64,000 bases of DNA from Mobula hypostoma (lineage: Eukaryota): NCBI RefSeq assembly GCF_963921235.1, contig NC_086097.1, positions 7,006,001-7,070,000 of the forward strand, written 5' to 3'. Position numbers and translations under genes: made by a program. Each line of letters begins with the position of its first letter. Within the stretch, counting starts at the first letter, position 1. This document shows positions 50,698 through 63,176 of this stretch, piece by piece. The notes under the pieces were generated by a model. It worked only from the letters and a program-made list of their open reading frames with translations, had not been told where the DNA came from and ran no database searches.

Positions 50698-53600
50698 TAC
50701 TTCACATTTTTCATGAATATGCATCACTTGCCAGCCTTCTGCTGATTTCACCAGCCACACTGTATCTCCCTGAGCCTACAATTGTTCTCCACATCGCCAC
50801 TGCACCTTTAGCTTTGTGAACCTGCAGACCTGGAAATTGGAAATTGTGCCCTCTGTACAAACTCCTAAATGATTTGTCTTTATTAAGAAAAATCAGGGAC
50901 AACTACTCCGATTAAAAAAACATCTGATGGAGGACCATTTGGCCCATTGAATCTGCTCTACTATTCTATCATGGCTGACTTATTATTATTCCTCTCAATA
51001 CCATTCTCCCGCCTTCTTCACATAACTTTTGATGCTGTTTAAAATCAAGGATCTAGCAACTTCCACTTTAAATATACCCAGTGACTTGGCTTCCAGAACC
51101 ATCTCTAGCAATGAATTCCACAGATTCACCACCCCCTGGATAAATAATTACCTCCTCATCTCTGTTCTAAAGAAATGTCCCTCTATTCTGATGCCTCTAT
51201 CCTCTGGTCCTCAACTCCCCCACCATAGGAAATATCTTGGCCTTTCAATATTTGATAGGTTTTGGTGAGATACCTCCTCATTCTTCTGAACTCCAGTATA
51301 GATCCAGAGCCATCAAACACACCTCTTGTATTAACCCTTTCATTCCCAGGAACATTGTCATTCAAGTTCAAATTTCAAAGTAAATTTATTTTCAAAGTAC
51401 ATATGTGTCACCGTATACTAACCTGAGCTTCATTTTCTCATGGGTATTCACAGTAAGTACAAAGAAATACAACACAATCAATGATAAACCATACACAACA
51501 AATACAGACAAACAACCAATGTGAATAAGACACAAAACTTTGCAAATACAAAAAGAGAAAAAAGAAACCAAATAATAATAAATATCAAGAGGTTGAGTTG
51601 TAGAGTCCTCGAAAGTTGTAGTCTCGTGAACCTCCTCTGGACCCTCTCCAATGCTAGCATATCCTTAGATAAGGGGATCAAAACTGCTCAACACAGTACT
51701 CCTAATTGCAGTCTGACCAATGCCTTATGAAACCTCAGCATTACATTCCCGCTTGATTTCCTTAAGGAATCAGAACCTAATCTGCCTCCAGGTATCCTTA
51801 GCTCCACCTGGGCTTTCCATGCACCCACCCATCTGCAGGCTACCGAAAATCCATTGTTACCACTTTGCTCTCCCACTCAGCCTCAAGTTCTCAACACTCC
51901 ACTCCACTCGACTTCTCTTCTCCCTCTTGCAACACCACTCTTACCTTCTGACCTCATATCTCAACTCCAGCCCATACCTTGCCTCAGCGCCAACCCCTGC
52001 CTGGTCTAGCAGCTGCAGTCTCCAATTCACTATTACATAGTATGTTTGTTTGTTGTTTGGTTGTTTATTGATTGATTGATTGATTGAGATACCGTGTGGA
52101 AAAGGCCCTTCTGGCTCCCCGAGTCATGGTGCACAGCAATGCCCTGTTTAACACTAGCCTAATCACAGGACAATTTACAATGACCAATGAACCTAGCAAC
52201 CGGTACGTCTTTGGACTGTGGGACCCGGATTTCAGTGCAGAGTTGAGTAAACCTCGTGGAGCAGTGAGCTGAACCTCACCTCTGGCCCCAGTATCCTGAC
52301 CTTTCCAATCTGGCCCAGTGCTTAAATCGTCCAAACCTCAGGTCATTGCTCACGCTCGGACCCAGGTCCTACCAGTTTGATATGCTCTTGGGCCTGAGCT
52401 CTGCAGCCTCGATTTGGCCTGTATCCAACCTTTCCCATCTGGCCCGGTGCTTAAAATCAGCCAACTATCTCTCTTACTCTCGCACGTGGGCCCCACCGCT
52501 TCACCTCGATCTACCTCTTCGAGTTAGCTCCAAGTTGTTCCAGCAATGGCCATATATTGGCTCGTTCCTCGTTCTCTGTGATTAACAAAGTAGTTAGTAG
52601 TTTTGTTTGTGGCCAGTAAGTTGTCACTGTCTTTCACCAGTGCCATTGTAAACCTTACATAATTTTTACTTTCCTCAAGCAAGAACGCTGATCAACACTT
52701 CCACCCACTAACATCACCTCACCACATCCCCCCGAGCCATCACTATGTTATCATTTCCTGTCAGAGTCACCTCATGTACAGACACTCCTGGGCCTAGCAT
52801 CACTTTATGCACCTATGTATATAAACTATCTTCTGTATTTATATTTATTGTGTTTTAATATTTTTTTTTAATCTTATTGTGTCTTTTTATGCTACATTGG
52901 ATCTGGAATAATGATTATTTCATTCTCCTTTACACTTGTGTACTGGAAATGACATTAAGCAATGCTGAGTTTTGAATTTTGAATCTAAAAGCACTGCAAA
53001 GTACAAAAGGCATCCTATTAGAGTTTATACTTCATACTTTGTACTTTATTGTCGCCAAACAACTGATACTAGAACGTGCAATCATCACAGCGATATTTGA
53101 TTCTGCGCTTTGTGCTTTTGGGTAATTTGCAATTTCTTTTGGTGGAATCATAAGGTTTAGATGTTAGGTTTTAAACTTTTGAGTCAGAGTTGACAAATTG
53201 TTCTGTTTGATTTCTTTACGTTGTCCATTGTTTTCTCCTCACTGGCTAAAGAGTGGTTTTTACGAGTGGTGGCTAACAACTTGTCAGCAATCCAGGATTG
53301 GAGTGTACACTGTGCAGCTCCAGATGTAGGAAATACTTGTTTCGAGCTTCCCGCCAATGGACCTCTCAAGTTACTTGGTAGCTAGTTCAATGGGAAATAA
53401 TTATTTAAGAACCCTTACCAGTTCTGGGCTGCAGCAGAGATCACACAGGATGTGAACAGGTCAGCAGGTATTACCTTCATGGTTAATGTGTTTTCTTGAA
53501 CTGGTTTTGTTTCAAAGAAACAAGGCACCGTGATCCCTCAGACTAACATGATGGTAACAAGCCAATTCATTTTTGGTAATTGTGATTGAGGTATAAATGT

Positions 53601-56106
53601 GGGTCTGGCACAGAATATGAGCGTACAAGAGTCTGATTCAATCAGTCATTCAAATGACTGATGTTCCAACATTGCTGCACTCCCTTGGAATTCACTGAAA
53701 TGTTTATTCTATCCTCAGTGGCCACTTTATTAGGTGCACCTCTACACCTGCTCATTAATGCAAATATCTAATCAGCCAATCATGTGGCAGCACGTATTGC
53801 ATAAAAGCATGCAGACAAGGTCAAGGGGCTCAGTTGTTGTTCAGACCAAACATCAGAATGGGGGAGAAATGTGATCTAAGTGACTTTGACCGTGGAATGA
53901 TTGTCGGTGCCAGACGGGGTGGTTTGAGTAACTCAGAAACTGCTCATCTTCTATGATTTTCACGGACAACTCTCTCAAGTTTACAGAGAATGGGAAACTG
54001 AGCACAGAAATCGACACTCAGTGGCCAAGTGAAAAGGTACCTGTTCTACCTAATAAAGTGGCCATCCTCCTCACAGTCCACACAGTGTTGTGTGCTCAGA
54101 GGTGCTTTTCTGTACACCGCTATTGTAAAATGTGAGTTACTGTCAGCTTGAACCAGTCTAGCTATTCTCCTCTGACCTCTCTCAGTAACAAAGTACTTTT
54201 GTCCACTGGATTTTTTATTTTTGTCTTTCACATCATTCTCTGTAAGTTCCCATAATAATCAGCATGACGATGACGAGAAATTGTGGTTTGATTTTGTGAT
54301 ACTAATAGAAGGACAATTAATTTTCAGGATTAGAGTGGTTAAAATAAATCAGCGTCAGGCAATTTCTTATTTACAGCTCTTTTAATTCATAAACATCATA
54401 GTTTAGTCACACAGCAACTCACTACCAACTCATCAAATTTAAGTTCTCAGCCTAGTATTCTTGGTTTAAAATACTCATTACAGATCCGCCCATCTCATTA
54501 ACAGCTATCCCACCCCACTGGTACATTTGAATTAAAAAGCCTGCTAAAGGTAGTGGATATGTCCCAGTCCATCAAGGAGACAAGGAACTTAGGTCTCACA
54601 CCACCAGGTTCAGGAACAATCATTACCCCTTCAACCATCAGGCTCTTGTACCATAGTCATAGTCATACTTTATTGATCCCAGGGGAAATTGGTTTTCATT
54701 ACAGTTGCACCATAAATAATTAAATAGTAATAAAACCATAAATAGTTAAACAGTAATATGTAAATTATGCCAGGAAATAATTCCAGGACCAGCCGATTGG
54801 CTCAGGGTGTCTGACCCACCAAGGGAGGAGTTGTAAAGTTTGGTGGCCACAGGCAGGAATGACTTCCTATGACGCTCTGTGTTGCATCTCGGTGGAATAA
54901 GTCTCTGGCTGAATGTACTCCTGTGCCCAACCAGTCCATTATGTAGTGGATGGGAGACATTGTCCAAGATGGCATGCAACTTGGACAGCATCCTCTTTTC
55001 AGACACCACCGTCAGAGAGTGACCAGAGGAGATAACTTCACTCACTCCAACTCTGAACTGTTCCCACAACCTATGGACTCACTTTCAAGGACTCTGCAAC
55101 TCATGTTTTTGATATTTATTGTTTGTTTGTTTGTTTGTTTGTTTAATTATTTATTTATTATGATTTTTAAAATTTCTATTTGCATAGTTGTCTTTTGCAC
55201 ATTGTCTGTCTGTCTTCATCATGTGCGTTTTTTTTTCATTGATTCCCTTGTGTTTCTTTGCATTTACTGTGAATGCCTGCAAGAAAACAAATCTTGGGAT
55301 TGTATATGGTGACATATAGGTACTTTGATAGTAAATTTACTTTGAGCTTTGAACCCCATTCTCAATTCTACATGGTGACTTGTACAAAAGCCCACAACCT
55401 TGTATACCTTTCATTCCTGTGCATTCTCTTCACCCATCTGTAAGTTCCAGTTGGTTATCTCTTGTTTCACCAATGAAATAGACACATTGTGGTTGCACAA
55501 AGTGGAGTTCACCATACTTCTGTACCTGTTTACACTGATTCTTAAAGCACTATAGAAAGGGTGGCATGGTAGGTGCTGGTCAGCACAACACTTTACAGTA
55601 GCAGTGACCTGGGTTCCATACACACCGCTGCCTGTACGGACATTTTCTGTTCTCCCCATGGAAGTGTGGTATTACTCCGGATGCTCTCGTTGCCTCCCAC
55701 AGTCCAAAGGCGGTCTGGCTGGAAGATGAATCGGTCATTGTAAACTGTCCCATAATTAGGCTAGCATTAAATTAGGGGATTGCTGGGCAGTGCAGCTCAA
55801 AGGGCCAGAAACCCTACTCCATGCTGTACCTCAATAAATAAAAAAAAAACATTGTTCAAGTAGGCACAGTAACTTAGCAACAAAACTCCAGCCAGTCAGG
55901 TCCTCTATTACACTAGCTTGATAGCATTTCCTTTTCTACTTGCATCTTGTAACAGAATAGGTTTATACACACAGAAATCTCCATTGAAGCATAGTAAATC
56001 GCATCTCCCAACACATTTTATCCTTGACCCATTTTCGTAAACCTCAACAAACTGCCAGAAAAATGTTCTACATTAGTATTTTTTGTGTATTGAAGGTATG
56101 TTTATA

Positions 56107-56350
56107 CAGGTCAACCTTCGTTAATCCGTCACCATTGGGATCTGTGGAGTGCTGGATTAGTGAAAATGCCAAATTACAGAAGGATCACATGAAGCAATAG
56201 CTAAACTTCACTAATCCAACACCATTGGCACCTGTGGAGTGCTGGATTAGTGAAAATGCCAAATTACAGAAGGATAACATTAAACATAATTAGTGCTGGA
56301 TTATCAAAGGAACCGGATTACAGATAGTCGGATTAGTGAAGGTCGACCTG
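56107..56350. mobile_element. Tigger/pogo-like MITE with an internal ~90-bp tandem duplication
   Basis: TA-flanked TIR caggtc(a/g)accttc..taatccg / cggattagtgaaggtcgacctg. The block 'accattgg...ggattagtgaaaatgccaaattacagaaggat' occurs at 56131 and 56221. Confidence 0.82.
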
Positions 56351-56514
56351 TACTAGCAACAGAACTTTCTTATGTATTGTAAGTATGCTTGTATAAGTAT
56401 GTTTAATCATTGCAACAAAGATATTAATTACAGGTCCCTCAGCTAAGCTAATTTCCACAATTCGCTTTATATAGACGATTAGGAAGATGATCGAAGTTTC
56501 CAAAACAGATTTTA

Positions 56515-57165
56515 GAGTCATACAGTCATAGAACACTACGGCAAAGAAACAGGCACTTCGGCCCAACTAGTCCGCGACCCATTAAACTGCCTAGACCCAT
56601 TGACCTGCACCTGAACCATAGCCCTCCATACCCCTCCCATCCATGTACCTATCCAAACTTCTCTGTAACTTTGAAATTGAAATCATATCTATCACTTTGG
56701 CTGGCCCTTTCACCACTATCTGAGTGAAGAAGTTTCCCCTCATGTTCCCCTTTTTCACAGAGGGGAAACTTCTTCACTCAGAAGGCCGTGAGGATGTGGA
56801 ATGAGCTGCCAGCAAAAGTGGTGCATGCGAGCTCGATCGCAACACTTAAGAGAAGTTTGGATAGGCACATGGATGGTAGGCATAATGAGGCCTATGCTTC
56901 CAGTGCAGATCGATGGAAGTAGGCTGATTAAATGGTTCAGCATGGACTAGATAGGCTGAAGGGTCTGTTACTGTGCTGTATTTTTCTATGATTCTATGAC
57001 TCTAAACATTTTGCCATTCACCCTTAACCCATGATCTCTAGTTGCAGACCCACCCAACCGCAGTGGAAAAAGCCTGCTTGCATTTACCACCTACACACCA
57101 CAAAATGTTGTATACCTCTATCAAATCTCCCATCAATCTTTTAAGTTCAAAGGAGCATAGTTCTA
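56515..57165 (-). mobile_element. CR1 3' end (minus) with a second CR1 3' end (plus, ~56755-57003) nested in it
   Basis: Two opposed CR1 termini with (GAGTCATA)/(TTCTATGA)-type tails. Confidence 0.7.
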
Positions 57166-59201
57166 AATAATAAGAATCAAGTCTTAAACTATTTTTGTTT
57201 TAGAACAGTGTTAGACAGGTAACAAACTTCAGGAAGTTAGTTTGCCAAGCTTAAGGTCTGGTCAGCTAATCACATATTTGCCAAGAGTGGATTGATTACA
57301 CTCCGCGATAAAATAGACCAGAATTAGAAGCTCGCAATCTCCTCAGAATCATGAGTAGTGAAGGAAATTACATGGAGAGATCTGAAAATATTTCAGCAAA
57401 ACTATTATCATGACTTCCTGTACAATAAGGGCTGAATTATCACATTAGAGTAATTGAAAAACTACTGTTTTTTTTTGCTGAAAACTTGGATGTAGATAAA
57501 ATCTTCAATCCAATTAAACTGCTAGGTATTTTTAACAAGCTGCTTAGCTTTGCAATGCAGGCATCTGTTCTCACTCTTTCAGAATACAGTCTCCTATCTT
57601 CAAATCTGCTGCAGATTCACACAAACCTGTCACACAGAACATTAACATCTACAGTATTGATTCCCAATGAATTTTCAGATGTTAATGTGTACCAGCATCT
57701 TGAATATAATATTTGACCATAGTTGCGAAGGCCATGACTTTAAAAATAACTGAACACGCCTGCTATTGAGGAATAAAATCCACTCAGGCAAAATTCAAAT
57801 GCTCTTCTGACACCCAATGATTTTTCAGATCTTAGTATGTCCCAGTTTCTTGACTACACATCTGACCACTGTTGAAAAGCCATGGGTACAATGCCAGTTG
57901 GGTGGCAGGGTGGAATTACATCTTTACCACAGGAGATATAAGGTGCTCCTTCCCTCCAACAGCCTGCAAGGGACCCGTGGGCAAGGTACAGTACCTTCTT
58001 AGCCCCCTGATCAGGGTCATGTGGAGCCACAGGAGCAGGTAGTGGATAGTCGTATGAGCAGCTGGTGTATATCACAAGTCCTGGTTATGTGACCACTCAC
58101 GCCAGGTAGATGATCCTTGAAGAGTATTTGATAATTGCTGGTGTCACCTATTATGTAAAGACATCGCCCAGAAGAAAGAAACGGCAAACCATTTCCGTAC
58201 AAAATTTTCCCAAGAACAATTATAGTCAGGAAAGGTCTCTCTCATCTTACAAGATGGCACCTTAAAATAATGCCAATCTTGGAAAATGACTGAGCATGCC
58301 TGCTATCCAGGAATGAAATCCTCGCGGGCAAAATGCCAATGCTCTTTTAAATAACATCACAAAAGTTAGTGCACCCTTCCTTTGTTCACCATTTTGAGAT
58401 GGGATTTAAAAGATTTAAAGAAATAGTTTGTGAAGGAACAAAAGGGAAGTGCTTTGACAAGAGCAAAGCTACCACGTAGAGATCTAATTACAATCTCTCC
58501 TGGTGAAGCACAGTTTTAGCGTCTGCATTTTACTATCTGTTGAATTTAAGAAATGGAGTTTATAGCCATCTCCAAGGTAATCTGTATCCTCATCTATACC
58601 ACCAACCTGTGTTCATTTCCCCAGCCTACAACTCTACAATCAACCTTTCTTCCTTCCACGATTAGTTCCTCCAAATATTTCTTCATATCATTTAGAGGTT
58701 GGGTTGCTGATAGAACATAACTGAGTTTAAATTGTTCCACATGCCCGATAATGATGCAAATCCTGCTTTTCAATTAATACTCATCTTCACCAACTTTTAC
58801 TCATTCTCTCTTTTAACTTGCCAAATCCAACATCAAAAGGAAATGGATTTATGAAAGGGAAATCATGGTTAACAAATATGCTGGAGTTCTTTATGTCTGT
58901 ATCAATGTTGATATTCTGTGTTTCATGTTCCCTTTCTGTCCCCCCACCACTTCCTCATCAACGTCAACATATTTCTCCAAACCTTTGTACTTGCGTTATG
59001 CCGTAATCTTTCATGAGCCTCCTTATGGGAAAGGAGGTGGCAAAGAGGAGGAAAGAGATTCAATTCACACCCTGTGTTTGGATTTACAAACCCGGAGAAG
59101 GGAAATGATAGATTACCATTTTATCAGAATTGGAATCAGGTTAGTTTCACTGACATATGTCCTGAAAGTTCTTGTTTAGTGGCAGCAGCACATTGCAACA
59201 C

Positions 59202-59234
<33 letters not shown>
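59202..59234. repeat. (TAA)n microsatellite
   Basis: Directly visible. Confidence 0.95.
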
Positions 59235-59239
<5 letters not shown>

Positions 59240-59495
59240 TGCTACAAATTACAATAAGAACATATATATGTAAATAAGTTAAATAAATTATGCAAAAATA
59301 GAGGAAAAATAGAAATAAATAGCAATGTAGTGTTAATGGGTTCATTGTCCATTCAGAAATCTGATTGCAGAGGGGAAGAATTATTCCTTAAACACTGAGT
59401 GTGTGTCTTCAGGCTCCTATACCTCCTCCTTGATGGTAGCAATGAGAAGAGGGTATGTCCTGGGTGGTGAGCGTCCTTCATGATGGATGCAGCCT

Positions 59496-60080
59496 CAGAC
59501 ATCCCACCCTGCAAAAACTCATTTCAGGGAGGTAGCACCATCAATTTGCGGGAGACTCCTGGAATTTATGGGGGAGGTGGGATGTCTGCAATAGAGTAGC
59601 TCCTTAGCAGCCAGCCAGCTAGTTTAAATAACGTTAGTTATGCTAATGAACGAATGACACCTGTTAAACTCACCTCAACATGTCTTTTACAGTCATTTAA
59701 CCCACCATGGGCAATAGAAAAGTCACTGTTGCAAACAGTGCAGCGAGCAACACTGTCATTATTTTTGACCCCTATTAGGTAGGGGTACACTTTAGTGTAG
59801 TCTGGGGTGACGTACGTTTCATATTTTCTTTTTTTGGAACACTCTTGCTCTCTCTGTCTCGCGCGCTTGCTTTCTCGCTCTCGCGCTCTCTCTCGTGGTC
59901 GCTCTCTCGCACTTGCTTTCTTGCTCTTGTGCTCACTCTCTCGCCCTTTCTCGCGCGTTCTCTCATGCTCGCTCTCAAAAAATTCAATTTCTGGGACATT
60001 GTATATAATTTGCGGGCATCAGGGAGCCACTATTAATATGTGGGAGACTCCCGGAACTTCTGGAAGAGGTGGGATGTCTG
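59496..60080. mobile_element. Non-autonomous TIR DNA element with a 6-bp TSD (possibly hAT-related)
   Basis: 12-bp TIR cagacatcccac / gtgggatgtctg. 'cagcct' occurs at 59490-95 and 60081-86. An internal copy of the right end finishes at 59588. Confidence 0.75.
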
Positions 60081-62288
60081 CAGCCTGTTTGAGACATTAC
60101 CATTTGAAGGTGTCCTCAACGCTGGGGAGGCTAGTGCTTATGATGGAGCTGCCTCAGCTAGCAACTGTCTGCAACTTTTGTCTGATCCTGTGCATGGCTC
60201 CTCCATACCAGGCAGTGATGTAACTAGTTAGAATGCTCTCTATGGTACATACGCAGAAATTTGCTAGAGTCTTCGGTAACATACCAATTCGCCGGAAGCT
60301 CCTAATGAAATAGAGCTGGTGTGGTGCCTTCTTTGTAATTGCATCTATATGTTGGGCCCTGGATAGATCCACAGAGATGTTGACACGTAGGAACTTGAAA
60401 CTGCTCACCCTTTCCTTTGATGAGGACTGGTGTGCGTTCCCTCGACTTTCCCTTCCTGAAGTTTACAATCAGTTCCTTAGTCTTACTGACATTGAGTGCA
60501 AGGTTGTTATCGCAATACAGTTCAATAACTAAACCACCAACCACCACTTAACCACCAACTAAAAACAAGAAATACCTGGGGCTTTGAGTAGAATTTTGAC
60601 TTTATGGGATATAAGGATATGACCAAGGGATGAAAGGGAACATGATACAATTATCGGTATCCAGACCAAGCGAGTGACATTAGTCTAATAACAGCCTTTA
60701 CTACAAAGGGAATGCAGTATAAAAGCAGCAGGAAAAAAAATATATAATTTTGCACTGCTGAGGCTACTGCTGTTGTTCTACAGTACTTACAACGTTAGTT
60801 TCCATATTTGGGGAAAGATATATCAATTTTGTCTTCCAGTTAACAAACTTCCTTCCCCTTCCACTCTGACATTTTACTTTTTCTCACCCGCCTATCCCCT
60901 CCCCCTGGGAACCCTCCTCCTTTCCTTTCTCCCCTGGTCACTCTCCTCTCCTGTCAGGTTCCTTCTTCTCCAGCCCTTGACTTCTCCCACACATCTGACT
61001 TCACCTATCATCTTCCTCCCCCACCTTTTCATTCTGGCATCTTCCCTCTTCCTTCTCAGTCCTGAAGAAGGGTTTCAGCATGAAATATCGACTGTTTATT
61101 TATTTCCATAGATGCTGCCTGACCTCCTGAATTCCTCCAGCATTTTGTGCATCTTACTTTGGATTTCCAGCATCAGCAGAGTTTCTTTCGTTTAGGTTGT
61201 TCTTATATTTGAAACAATCAGAGAGGAATTATTAGACTGATTACTGGGCCGAAGGAATGCCCATCAGTCTGGGCTTGTATTCACTGGGGGATTGAAGAAT
61301 GAGAGATGATCTTATTGAGATTCCAAGGCCGAGATGTTTTCACTGATGAGGATATCTGGAATATTGGGTGTCGATTCTGATAAAGGGTTTGTCCATTTTG
61401 TCTAGATTTTAAGAGGAATTTCTTCTATCGAACTGTTGGAAATCTTCAAATCTCTTCATACCAGAAAGTGCTAGAGTTGGCTATTGAATATATTCCAGGT
61501 GGAGATTGATTGGTTCGCTTAAATTATAGGAACAAGACAGACAAAATGCTGGAGGAACACAGCAGGGCAGGCAGCTTCTATGGAGTAGAGGAACAGTTGA
61601 TGTTTCATGCCAGGACCCTTCATCAATTACAAATGTGGATAACATGGAAAGATGATGTTGACAGCAAAGTTGGTTCAGGCAAGATCTTGTTGAAAGGCTA
61701 GGAACATCTTGAAGGACCCTAACGACCCTGCTCATGGACTGTTTGTCCCATTCCCATCAGGGAGGAGGCTATGTATCATCCACATCAGGACCACCAAACC
61801 CCAAAAAAATTTGCTTTCCCCAAGCAGTAAGGCTGATCAACATCTGTAACCACTAACCCACCCCTCCACTCCCAGAGCCATCATGACTTTATCATTTCCA
61901 GTCAGAGTTACCTTACGTACAGACACTCCTGTGCCTAATGCCTATTTATGGCCATGCAATCGATCTATGTATATAAGCTATCTACGTATTTATATTTATT
62001 GTGGTTTTATTATTCTTTATCTTTGTGTGTTTTTTGTGCTGCATTGGATCCAGAGTAACAACTATTTTGTTCTCCTTGACACTTGTGTCCTGGAAATGAC
62101 ATCTTGAACCTTGACATCCTCACTTGACTCATTCCGAGCTTTGCTTACAGTGGTTTTGCTTTTCTACCTGGCTGATACTCTTCATGTCCAAGCCTGCCCT
62201 CCCACCCCCTTTCGTTTGTTCTTCTCTTTCTGTACCTTTCGAAATATTCCCACAAATTTTCGCTTTGAGCATTGTTTCAGTCACGTAC

Positions 62289-62407
62289 CTTGAGTTGAAC
62301 AATGCTCGGTCTCGATTCTTTCCCTGAGCTCAGAGCGATTATTCTGCGACAATCCTCCTTTAAAAATGCAACTTGTTGAAATAATTTTCTCACAGTAGTT
62401 TCAAAGC
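62289..62407 (-). other. Candidate host exon (119 nt), product unknown
   Basis: Acceptor 'tacattattttctttgcag|G' and donor 'CAAG|gtacgt'. One frame is open: FETTVRKLFQQVAFLKEDCRRIIALSSGKESRPSIVQLK. The context is non-repeat-looking, but I recognise no homology. Confidence 0.25.
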
Positions 62408-62544
62408 CTGCAAAGAAAATAATGTAGAAATCAATATCTGAAACAACTGTCCACATTAATAACATTAATGACATCAGTTTATGTAGTTCTGTATAATATA
62501 AAAACAGTTTCAAGTTCCCGGGTGTCAACAACTCTGAAGATCTA

Positions 62545-63176
62545 AACATGAGAAATTCTGTAGATGATAGAAATCCAAAGCAGCATATATCAAATGCCAG
62601 AGGAACTCAGCAGGTCAGGCAGCATCTGTGGAAATGAATGAACAGTCAATGTTTCGGGCCGAGGCCATTCATCAAGGATGGAAAGGAAGGGAGAAGAAGC
62701 CAGAATAAGATGATAGGTGAAGCCAGGTGAGTGGGACGTCCATGGCCACCTCTTGTGCCAATATAAGGCCATCCTCAGGATGGAGGAGTAACACCTTATA
62801 TTTCATCTGAGTAGCCTACAACCTGATGGCATGAATATCAAATTCTCCTTCGGTTAAAAAATATGTCCCCACCCCTTCTCTTCCTCGATTACCACTCTGA
62901 CCTTTTACCTCTTCTCACCTGCCTATTACTTCCCTCTCATCTTTCCCTTTCTCTGATGGTCCACTCTTCTTTCCTATTAGATTCCTTCTTCTCCAGCCCT
63001 TGAACTTTCCCATCCAGCTGGCTTCACCTATCACCTTCCAGCTAGCCTCCTTCCCCTCCCACCCATCTTTCCCCTTCCTTCTCAGTCCTGATGAAGGGAC
63101 TCGGCCCGATATGTTGACTGTTTTTTCATTTCAATAGATGCTGCCTAACATGCTGAGTTCCTCCAGCATTTTGTGT
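62545..63176. mobile_element. Older PLE, inverted pair of termini
   Basis: Minus arm ~62545-62735 and plus arm ~62737-63176 with a GIY-YIG tail remnant. Degenerate hammerheads lie at ~62644 (-) and ~63084 (+). Confidence 0.75.

Larger units (their letters stand above)
59130..60515 (-). mobile_element. Rex1/Babar-like LINE 3' portion
   Basis: Minus-strand ORFs 'NNLALNVSKTKELIVNFRK' and 'SSFKFLRVNISVDLSRAQHIDAITKKAPHQLYFIRSFRRIG...ESILTSYITAWYGG'. It is interrupted by 59496-60080. Confidence 0.82.

Noticed and set aside
53418..53500. Minus-strand exon ending at CTG|gtaagg
   Set aside because: The donor is good but the acceptor is weak, and the phase is incompatible with the 62289-62407 candidate.
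59775..60036. Low-complexity S/L/R or E/R-rich ORFs
   Set aside because: They are translations of (CT/CG)n simple sequence inside a DNA element. The same applies to the ORFs at 1381-1607.
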